Positions 8,087-14,157 of a DNA stretch of 29,565 nt are shown here, piece after piece. The stretch spans positions 1 to 29,565 of IMG/VR virus record IMGVR_UViG_3300042562_000057. The stretch is one strand, 5' to 3'. Position numbers and translations under genes: made by a program. The number at the start of each line of letters is the position of its first letter. The first letter of the stretch is position 1. The notes under the pieces are model-generated. The model ran no database searches. It was given only the letters and a program-made list of their open reading frames with translations, and was not told where the DNA came from. This DNA comes from a virus. Taxonomy: Duplodnaviria; Caudoviricetes.

Positions 8087-8339
8087 CGCTGCCCTCCTCG
8101 TTAGCGGTGACGGTTTCAATGTGGTTAACGTCAATAAAATGTGTGTACATTGGCACAGCACACATCAACACCTCGTCACGATCAATCTTAATGTACGGTT
8201 CGCCATTGCTATCTGTTTTTACGCCATCAGCAAATTGATCCATAAGCTCTGCAATCTTTTTGTCGGTCAGCTCACGGCTAAGTTCACGCATCAGCTGGCG
8301 TTTACCTTCGTCTGTCATTTGAATGTATGAGTATTTCAT
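8079..8339 (-). CDS. Hypothetical protein (86 aa)
   Basis: AAGGGG RBS; tightly packed in the operon. Confidence 0.7.
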   Translation of the reverse strand: MKYSYIQMTDEGKRQLMRELSRELTDKKIAELMDQFADGVKTDSNGEPYIKIDRDEVLMCAVPMYTHFIDVNHIETVTANEEGSDE

Positions 8340-8342
8340 GGC

Positions 8343-8492
8343 TTACCCCTTAAACCCATGTTGTTTAAGAATTTGATTTTCTTCTGGGGTAGCCAAACAA
8401 ACAGCCATTGGGTGTCTTGTTAAATACTTTTGCAATCTTGCTCGTGCTTCATCTGATGGGTATGCTAAAAAATTACGAATCAATTTGCTCAT
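8343..8492 (-). CDS. Hypothetical protein (49 aa)
   Basis: Hand translation MSKLIRNFLAYPSDEARARLQKYLTRHPMAVCLATPEENQILKQHGFKG; AAGGT RBS; first gene after the promoter at ~8540. Confidence 0.7.
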   Translation of the reverse strand: MSKLIRNFLAYPSDEARARLQKYLTRHPMAVCLATPEENQILKQHGFKG

Positions 8493-8537
8493 TTTATGTA
8501 CCTTTATCGTGGTGTGTATGGCTAATTGCCATGACTA

Positions 8538-8580
8538 ATATTAAGCTATCTAAACAGTAATTTCATAGGTGTTTACCCTA
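8538..8580 (-). promoter_or_regulatory. Leftward promoter with operator repeat
   Basis: -10 TAATAT (8543-8538), 17-bp spacer, weak -35 ATGAAA; operator TTAAGCTATCTAAACA 8541-8556; inverted repeat TAGG-N7-CCTA 8566-8580. Confidence 0.65.
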
Positions 8581-8616
8581 GTTTTTGTAATTATTTTTGA
8601 TTTATTTGGATTTTTA

Positions 8617-8642
8617 CAACAAAACGCCCCATTTACGGGGCG
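8617..8642 (-). terminator. Intrinsic terminator of the ERF-SSB-exonuclease operon
   Basis: CGCCCC-GTAAAT-GGGGCG followed by TTTTGTTG on the minus strand. Confidence 0.8.
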
Positions 8643-8679
8643 GTCGATGGAACAAGGAGTGAACAACACCGACAATTTA

Positions 8680-9414
8680 TTATAAGTTGTTTTTACGCTT
8701 GTAGAACGCAAGTAAATACTGAAAGCAATCCCATGCAGAGGCTAGATCATCCTCTGAATGTTCAATTAGTTTCACATCACCTTCAGCAGTAAAAAACACA
8801 TTGGCGCATCTGGCTGTTGGTTTGCCAAGGCCGACACGGTAAGCCGCCAGTTGCATCAGTTGTTCGTGATATGGCACAACCTTGTCGAGCTTGTCTTTGC
8901 TCTTAAAGTCGATCACGATGTTTTCAGCAATCAAATCAACTTTGCCGCCAAACCCTTCATACGCAAATGAGCGTTCTGCCTCCCAAGTCTGGTCATGCCC
9001 AAAGTGGATTCTGATTGACGCATCAACCTGATTAACATAAACAGGGTAATCGTCTTGTTCGCCACGGTAAAAACGCTCAAGCACCCCATGCATTTGAGTG
9101 CCACGATCCATAGCGTCACGGCCCGTACTCTTGCTGTCAGACATTACCCGTTCTAGCCAGTTTTCCTCTGTTTCGCCAGCAATGCGTGGCAACGTCAAAG
9201 CCGCTAGTAATACTTGTTGTTGCAGCCAGTTGGATAAGCCAGGCTTGGCAACCAATCCCAACACGGTTGTCACGCTAGGCTTTAATCCAAGTTCTCGTGC
9301 GTCACGAACCGTTGTGTTGCGTTCTTTGCCGTTCTTGCCAATGATCTTATACGCTGGTGAACCGTCAGCTGCGTACCAATGGCCTGATTCTGAGTCTGCT
9401 GATTTAATAATCAT
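8680..9414 (-). CDS. PD-(D/E)XK exonuclease (phage recombination nuclease)
   Basis: PSVTTVL, RGTQMH, E...GGKVDL...IDFKS and QLAAY motifs. Confidence 0.88.
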   Translation of the reverse strand: MIIKSADSESGHWYAADGSPAYKIIGKNGKERNTTVRDARELGLKPSVTTVLGLVAKPGLSNWLQQQVLLAALTLPRIAGETEENWLERVMSDSKSTGRDAMDRGTQMHGVLERFYRGEQDDYPVYVNQVDASIRIHFGHDQTWEAERSFAYEGFGGKVDLIAENIVIDFKSKDKLDKVVPYHEQLMQLAAYRVGLGKPTARCANVFFTAEGDVKLIEHSEDDLASAWDCFQYLLAFYKRKNNL

Positions 9415-9554
9415 TTTTGCACCTGTTTAGCTAATGTTTTAAGCATCTCGATTGCATCCTGTAGGTCTTGCATGGCTCTAGCGTCTAAAACCATGCCTTC
9501 GTACCATTGCTGCAATCGCCAAGAAATAAGTATTGCCTCCTCCGTCTGAGTCAT
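9411..9554 (-). CDS. Hypothetical protein (47 aa)
   Basis: Hand translation MTQTEEAILISWRLQQWYEGMVLDARAMQDLQDAIEMLKTLAKQVQK; TGATG and ATGA couplings. Confidence 0.7.
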   Translation of the reverse strand: MTQTEEAILISWRLQQWYEGMVLDARAMQDLQDAIEMLKTLAKQVQK

Positions 9555-9985
9555 CAGAACGGCACATCGTCGATCATTTCATCAAGAGGCACAACAATCC
9601 CCTCTTTGATTGACCTGTAAGCGTCAGACTTGGGTTTGGCAGGCGCAGCTGGTGCATCTTCAGCCGTCCGACCACCAAGCATTTGCATTTGGTCAGCAAC
9701 GACTTCTGTTGTGTACTGATCCACGCCATCTTTGTTTTGCCACTTGCGAGTAGTCATACGACCCGCTATAAAGACCTGTGAGCCTTTTTTTAGGTAGTCG
9801 GCACATATTCCTGCCAACTTGCCAAAGGCTGTGATCCTGACCCATTCTGTTGTTTCTTTCGTTGCGGTCTTATAACCAACCGCAATTGAGAAATTACAAA
9901 TTGCATTACTGTCAGCGGTGTAACGTACTTCAGGGTCTTTGCCCAAGCGCCCAATAAACTCGCAGCGGTTAAGATCGTTTGCCAT
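9554..9985 (-). CDS. ssb: Single-stranded DNA-binding protein
   Basis: IGRLGKDPEVRY, TEW, YLKKGSQV.I.G...TRKW and acidic tail DDVPF. Confidence 0.96.
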   Translation of the reverse strand: MANDLNRCEFIGRLGKDPEVRYTADSNAICNFSIAVGYKTATKETTEWVRITAFGKLAGICADYLKKGSQVFIAGRMTTRKWQNKDGVDQYTTEVVADQMQMLGGRTAEDAPAAPAKPKSDAYRSIKEGIVVPLDEMIDDVPF

Positions 9986-10548
9986 TATTGGTTCTCCCAG
10001 TTTGCTTTGATTCCGTCATACATTGCTTTTAAGACGGGCTGTTGTTCTTTCAGGCATTGTGTCCAAGCCAGTCTAAATATGTCCTTCAGGCTTTCGTAAC
10101 TGACCGCTGCCGCCATTTGGTCAACTGTTGCATCCATATCTATGCCTTTGGGTTTTTCAACCTTTGGTGGCGCTGATTTAACGGCAGATTCACCATCATC
10201 GTCAGCCGACGCAACGCACATGGCGGTTTGGATTGAGTACCTCTTTGCGTAGCTCAAAGCTGAACCGAAACCCTGACTGTCGTGTTTGCTTGCAGGCACA
10301 AACAGTTTGCCAAATGACATTTCTTGACCTGATTCGTGAATAATCACGGTTTCCACACAAACACCACCTTCGGCATCGTGTGTCTTTTGTACAACGGCTA
10401 ATCCGTTTGCAGACAAATGCGGTCTAACAGCGTCGATGACTGATGCCAGACTTGAGTATGCAGATTTAAAATGGGGATTTTTACTATCTTTGGCTGCGTG
10501 TGACATTGCTGCCTGCGCCGTGACTAATGCTTTTGCTAGTTCTTTCAT
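9985..10548 (-). CDS. erf: ERF-family single-strand annealing recombinase
   Basis: KDSKNPHFKSAYSSL, HESGQ and QGFGSALSYAKRYS...DDDG ERF signature. Confidence 0.92.
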   Translation of the reverse strand: MKELAKALVTAQAAMSHAAKDSKNPHFKSAYSSLASVIDAVRPHLSANGLAVVQKTHDAEGGVCVETVIIHESGQEMSFGKLFVPASKHDSQGFGSALSYAKRYSIQTAMCVASADDDGESAVKSAPPKVEKPKGIDMDATVDQMAAAVSYESLKDIFRLAWTQCLKEQQPVLKAMYDGIKANWENQ

Positions 10549-10591
10549 TTATGCACCTGTATGTTGTCCTGACGGGTATGTCAGTAGATAG

Positions 10592-10620
10592 ATATTAAGG
10601 TATCTAAACAGATAAGTCAA
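10592..10620 (-). promoter_or_regulatory. Strong leftward sigma70 promoter with operator
   Basis: TTGACT (10620-10615), 17 bp, TAATAT (10597-10592); operator TTAAGGTATCTAAACA 10595-10610; 5' hairpin CTGAC/GTCAG downstream. Confidence 0.82.
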
Positions 10621-10638
10621 CACATACAAAACCTCATC

Positions 10639-10654
10639 TGTTAAGCTATCTAAC
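10639..10654 (+). promoter_or_regulatory. Extended -10 promoter and operator for cro (probably leaderless)
   Basis: TG-T-TAAGCT at 10639-10647, ATG 7 nt later, no SD; overlaps operator variant TTAAGCTATCTAACA. Confidence 0.55.
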
Positions 10655-10870
10655 ATGAATACAACAGAAATCATCCAAACATTAGGTGGCACATTTGCTG
10701 TAGCCAAGCTTTGCCGTGTCAGTCCACCAGCTGTGTCGCAATGGCGCAACAATGGTTTGCCTGGTGACAAGCTAGTGTTACTGGCCACCGAGCTTGAAAA
10801 GAAATCAGCAGGCAAATGGTCAAGAAAAGAAATTCCTAACTGGTCACAAATTTGGCCTGACTTACGATAG
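10655..10870 (+). CDS. Cro-like HTH transcriptional regulator
   Basis: IIQTLGGTFAVAKLCRVSPPAVSQWRNNGLP and C-terminal W.QIWPDL, typical of Cro/YdaS-like proteins; divergent from the leftward promoter. Confidence 0.9.
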   Translation: MNTTEIIQTLGGTFAVAKLCRVSPPAVSQWRNNGLPGDKLVLLATELEKKSAGKWSRKEIPNWSQIWPDLR

Positions 10871-10871
10871 A

Positions 10872-10968
10872 CTGATTAAGCCTTTAGCAAGCAGAAACTC
10901 ATCAATGATAAGGGTCGTGTTTCACTAGCCTAGCTTCAGGGCTTGACACATCGGAAAGACGGTGGCAG
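10872..10968 (+). ncRNA. Candidate C4-like antisense RNA
   Basis: Long bulged stem TAAGCCTT (10877-10884)/AGGGCTTG (10938-10945) with inner GAAAC/GTTTC, followed by CATCG-GAAAGA-CGGTG. The CGGAAAGACG hairpin resembles C4-family phage RNAs; the closing stem is weak. Confidence 0.45.
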
Positions 10969-10971
10969 AAT
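10943..10971 (+). promoter_or_regulatory. Rightward sigma70 promoter for the non-coding block
   Basis: Perfect TTGACA (10943-10948), 17-bp spacer, TG-extended CAGAAT (10966-10971). Confidence 0.65.
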
Positions 10972-10977
10972 TGCATT

Positions 10978-11102
10978 GTTGTCTTGGCAGACGATGTAAG
11001 CCGTTTTAGTGTGTATTTTGATTCTCTTGCGCCTTGAAGCCGATAGAGAATGTCCCGAAAGGGTCTGCCAACAAAATACACTCTAAAACGGCTTTTTTAT
11101 TT
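10978..11102 (+). promoter_or_regulatory. Structured leader: pseudoknot plus attenuator-like hairpin
   Basis: Hairpin GTTGTC-TTGGCA-GACGAT; 23-bp stem 10998-11020/11072-11094 with one mismatch, then a T-tract; TTGGCAGAC (10984-10992) is complementary to GTCTGCCAA (11063-11071). Confidence 0.7.
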
Positions 11103-11107
11103 GTCTT

Positions 11108-11370
11108 TTGATAACCGTCAGAGAGCGTTATCTAATACGGTTAAATCGCCGGTACTCAAGAAAGATTGGCTGGTCTACACCCGACTGCAAGCCACGTAGC
11201 CTTAAATGGGGACTACACAAGATTAGAGAACACGGTGGGACAAGACTCTAAATCGATTGAACATTAACTCCGGTAGGATTGGTATTGTTCTGTTATAAAA
11301 CAATATGGATCGAGTTGGACTGCGTAGGGAAACTACACGCTATCCACCCTTGGGAATACTATTGTCCAAA
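11108..11370 (+). ncRNA. Candidate large structured ncRNA or replication-origin RNA
   Basis: At least six hand-identified stems plus long-range pairings; G-U pairs work on the + strand; no RBS-led ORF. Confidence 0.5.
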
Positions 11371-11407
11371 TAATAAAAGTACGGGTAATCACTAAGATAA
11401 ATACCTC

Positions 11408-11436
11408 TTGTGCATTGTGTTTAGATGGCTTAATGT
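11408..11436 (+). promoter_or_regulatory. Rightward promoter with operator
   Basis: TTGTGC-17bp-TAATGT; operator TGTTTAGATGGCTTAA 11418-11433 (reverse complement TTAAGCCATCTAAACA). Confidence 0.7.
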
Positions 11437-11456
11437 GATGCTTTTATGGAGAACAT

Positions 11457-11729
11457 ATGTCAACAGAACAAAAGATATTGCGGTATTGCATTGAGCCTAA
11501 AACAACAGTTGATATTGCTGATTACTGTGGCCTTGAAAAGATCAGCATTTACACTCAACTTGCCAAACTTCAGCGCAACAACAAGATTGAGAAACGTGGG
11601 GATGGTAGGCGTGGCTCACCTTGTGTTTATGTCACTATTCGACAAGCACCGACTGCTACACAATCCTCAGACAATTACGAAAACCTCGTTGTTAAACACG
11701 CTCACAACCCGTTTGGACTGCGTTTATGA
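11457..11729 (+). CDS. Winged-HTH protein (90 aa)
   Basis: GGAG RBS; KTTVDIADYCGLEKISIYTQLAKLQRNNKIEK HTH followed by a wing. Confidence 0.78.
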   Translation: MSTEQKILRYCIEPKTTVDIADYCGLEKISIYTQLAKLQRNNKIEKRGDGRRGSPCVYVTIRQAPTATQSSDNYENLVVKHAHNPFGLRL

Positions 11730-11938
11730 ACAAGGCCGACTATATCCATCTGTTTAAAGAGGCTTGCGGTGGTCGCTGCAACGCTGAATTTAATCCTTGT
11801 GCCTTTCGCCAGGCTGCTGACAATCTAGCTAAATTAAAACCTATAGGGTTCATTGGGGATAAAGGTGTGTTGATTAACAATACGACCCTTCCGCATCTAT
11901 ATACAGCTCTGTATGCTTTAGACAAGGATCAGCCATGA
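11726..11938 (+). CDS. Hypothetical protein (70 aa, Cys-containing)
   Basis: ATGA overlaps at both ends; CGGRC...PC. Confidence 0.7.
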   Translation: MNKADYIHLFKEACGGRCNAEFNPCAFRQAADNLAKLKPIGFIGDKGVLINNTTLPHLYTALYALDKDQP

Positions 11939-12132
11939 CACCTGACAACATTCTGCGCTACCTAGAACACGGGTATGTGATGAAACCTGAAGAACAAATT
12001 GAGGCCGCTGAGTACATAAGAAATTTGCAAGAATCTAACAAATCACTGCGGGAGGGATTGATTGAGTTTGCCGATCAAATCTTTGCTTTGCGCCGCCAGT
12101 TAAACCAAAAGGATAATCATGGGGAAAATTGA
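11935..12132 (+). CDS. Hypothetical coiled-coil protein (65 aa)
   Basis: AAGGA RBS, ATGA overlap; EAAEYIRNLQ heptads. Confidence 0.7.
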   Translation: MTPDNILRYLEHGYVMKPEEQIEAAEYIRNLQESNKSLREGLIEFADQIFALRRQLNQKDNHGEN

Positions 12133-12376
12133 CTTAATCATTGATGCGCTACTGGTAGCACCACCGTCTGTGTGGTCTAAAAGAATGGATGAAGCTCTAT
12201 TTGTTGCCCGTGAGTTGAAAGCAGAGCTAGAATCAAATGCAACAGAGATTGAACGTTTACGCAGAGATGCGCTACGCTATCGTTGGCTGAACAAATACAC
12301 ATCGCAGTTATTCATGGTGACTGAACCTCAAATGAATTTTGAAGTTGATCGTGCCATGTCTGGAGGTGTGAAATGA
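12119..12376 (+). CDS. Hypothetical protein with Ead/Ea22-like DAxRYRWL motif
   Basis: AAGGA RBS; EIERLRRDALRYRWL. Confidence 0.7.
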   Translation: MGKIDLIIDALLVAPPSVWSKRMDEALFVARELKAELESNATEIERLRRDALRYRWLNKYTSQLFMVTEPQMNFEVDRAMSGGVK

Positions 12377-12594
12377 CAATCTGGGATTGGATGTTTGTGT
12401 TTTACTTGTCTGCCGCAATCACGGTTGGTGGCATGATCTTCATGTATCGCACTAGACGCAAGCCGCCGACATATCCCAAAGATTGGATTTGTGATGGTTG
12501 CGGTCAAGTGTCTAGCGAGCTGCGACAAGGAATGTGTGCGTATTGCACTAATTTCTACAAACCTACGGAACATTGCCGCCAACGGGGTAAGTAG
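12373..12594 (+). CDS. Membrane-anchored Zn-ribbon protein (73 aa)
   Basis: GGAGG RBS; N-terminal TM helix; CDGC...CAYC. Confidence 0.65.
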   Translation: MTIWDWMFVFYLSAAITVGGMIFMYRTRRKPPTYPKDWICDGCGQVSSELRQGMCAYCTNFYKPTEHCRQRGK

Positions 12595-13123
12595 CCCCGA
12601 CTGGTGCTTGTGTAAACGCAGTCTCTCCACTTACAACATGGTTGCCAGTCCAAGGTGACTCCATGACTGGCCCGTAGCAACTAGCTAGCGTCACGCCATT
12701 AACTTGCTTAGTTTGCTTAGTACACAGAAATGACCACATATTTGACATACCTGTGGTTGGCGTGTCACCCACTTTAAATGAGCGAAACACCGCAGGCTGA
12801 ACCGACCAATCCGGTGCTTGTGGATAGGCAGTCAATGGTGGCACACCAAACAGACTCCATACTTTACCCTTTGGTGCGTCACACGATCCTTGCATCAGCG
12901 TCATGTTCGCCACAGCATCGCCAGTAAGCACAGGACAGACCGCTACGCCCTCTTTAAACGTCTTGCCTGCCACAGATATAGACTTGCCCGTCAAAGTCGT
13001 TGGCGAGGCTGCACACAAAGCGTATTCGCCTTTGCAGATGGCAATCTGTGCTTGCGCTGTAGAAAATAGAGCTAAAACCCAAAACAAGATAACGGTACTG
13101 ACTACAGTAAGCGTTTTCATCAT
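12563..13123 (-). CDS. Secreted Cys-rich protein (186 aa)
   Basis: Signal peptide ending AQA; 6 Cys; AGGTG RBS; last gene of the lysis cassette. Confidence 0.75.
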   Translation of the reverse strand: MMKTLTVVSTVILFWVLALFSTAQAQIAICKGEYALCAASPTTLTGKSISVAGKTFKEGVAVCPVLTGDAVANMTLMQGSCDAPKGKVWSLFGVPPLTAYPQAPDWSVQPAVFRSFKVGDTPTTGMSNMWSFLCTKQTKQVNGVTLASCYGPVMESPWTGNHVVSGETAFTQAPVGATYPVGGNVP

Positions 13124-13128
13124 GTCAC

Positions 13129-13554
13129 CTATTTAATCAATTCAAAATGTGGGCTATCGGATTCGCCATGTTCGTGAATTGTTGCATCCATGTCCCAATT
13201 GCCGCCCCAGCGCAGCGTCACGCCAATCTCTTTAGCTGCCGTAAACATGGTGTTGGCAAGTTGGTCAAAGCGAGGTAAGTCATCCCAATCAATCGGGTAA
13301 GGTGCAAGGTCTACAGCGTGACCGTAGCCATCTGCCTGAATGCCGTGTGTGCCTGATGTTTGAACCCAAGTCACAATCGCACCAGGCTTAGTTCGCCCTT
13401 GCGCCCACAATTCATCTTGTCGAGCTTGCGAGCGCACACCTTCCAAAACCGTAAAGTCTATTGCGCTCAACTCCAACGCACGATGGACAACAGCAACCAG
13501 TTTAGGATGTACGCCTTTAAGGTTATTAAGTGAGCGTTCAGAAAAGGCAAACAT
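13129..13554 (-). CDS. Endolysin, M15-family (L-Ala-D-Glu) peptidase
   Basis: EGVRSQARQDELWAQGRT, H...GHAVD, WGGNW and DSPHFE zinc-peptidase motifs. Confidence 0.92.
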   Translation of the reverse strand: MFAFSERSLNNLKGVHPKLVAVVHRALELSAIDFTVLEGVRSQARQDELWAQGRTKPGAIVTWVQTSGTHGIQADGYGHAVDLAPYPIDWDDLPRFDQLANTMFTAAKEIGVTLRWGGNWDMDATIHEHGESDSPHFELIK

Positions 13555-13967
13555 TATTTCTTTTGTGCGTAGAAAAGGGTGCGATCACCGAACAAATAAA
13601 AACCCACAGCAGACGCAAAATTATTGACCGCAGGGTTTTCTTGTCCGGTCAGCATCATGAACGACCATGTACCCAACACAATAGCCCCGACAGCAGGGCG
13701 CATCAGCCTTACAACCGCTTCAACCCACGGGTAGGTAGTACCGCCCCCACCTGCGTTATTCATCGCCTGAAACATCGCTAAATCGGTCTGTCTCATTTGC
13801 GTGTACTCACCAATATTTGTAGGCTTGTATACGTCGGTTTGAATGAATCGACCAATCAGGCTTTTACCCAAGTCGACAGCCAAGGGGCCGAGTGCTGCGA
13901 GAATGGTTATCGGGTCGATGATTTCACCTGTCTTGTTTAGAGTCGAGTTTGTCAAATATCTTGCCAA
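13554..13967 (-). CDS. Holin-like membrane protein (start uncertain)
   Basis: DPITILAALGP..., WVEAVVRLMRP + TM, and GFYLFGDRT are typical of 3TM-holin-like proteins; TAATG-coupled to the endolysin. Confidence 0.7.
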   Translation of the reverse strand: MARYLTNSTLNKTGEIIDPITILAALGPLAVDLGKSLIGRFIQTDVYKPTNIGEYTQMRQTDLAMFQAMNNAGGGGTTYPWVEAVVRLMRPAVGAIVLGTWSFMMLTGQENPAVNNFASAVGFYLFGDRTLFYAQKK

Positions 13968-14157
13968 GCATTTCTTTTAGCTCTTTGATGCCGTCTTTCC
14001 AATCGTCTTTCTTAACGTAATTGTCAGAAATCGTTAGCTCTAATCTACTAATGTCGCTTTTAAGTTTTTGGACAGCATCCCACAGCTGACGGGCAAACCA
14101 ACCGCCGACTGCAATCAATGATCCTATGCCTATGTTGATTACGTTTTGCCAATCCAT
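13924..14157 (-). CDS. Single-TM coiled-coil protein (lysis-associated, holin or antiholin-like)
   Basis: N-terminal TM IGIGSLIAVGGWF followed by YVKKDD...IFDKLD..QD. Confidence 0.7.
   Translation of the reverse strand: MDWQNVINIGIGSLIAVGGWFARQLWDAVQKLKSDISRLELTISDNYVKKDDWKDGIKELKEMLGKIFDKLDSKQDR

Noticed and set aside
8680-9414. Cas4-like nuclease suggesting a CRISPR system
   Set aside because: No Fe-S cysteine set, no repeat-spacer array, and the ERF/SSB context indicates a recombination exonuclease.
10549-10815. 88-aa minus-strand ORF as the missing CI repressor
   Set aside because: It is the antisense shadow of cro, runs across the promoters, and has no HTH or S24 peptidase motif.
11108-11251. 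47-codon TTG-started frame (MITVRERYLIRLNRRYSRKIGW...) inside the structured region
   Set aside because: No SD, begins right after a terminator-like T-run and has no recognisable motif; likely a chance frame, though not formally excluded.
11205-11370. Group I intron-like words GACTA and TATTGTCC
   Set aside because: The P7 pairing has a mismatch, no interrupted gene flanks it, and I could not build P3/P4/P6.
11446-11757. 103-aa alternative-frame ORF overlapping the wHTH gene
   Set aside because: The RBS (GGAG) fits ATG 11457, whose product has a clear HTH; this frame has no SD or motif.
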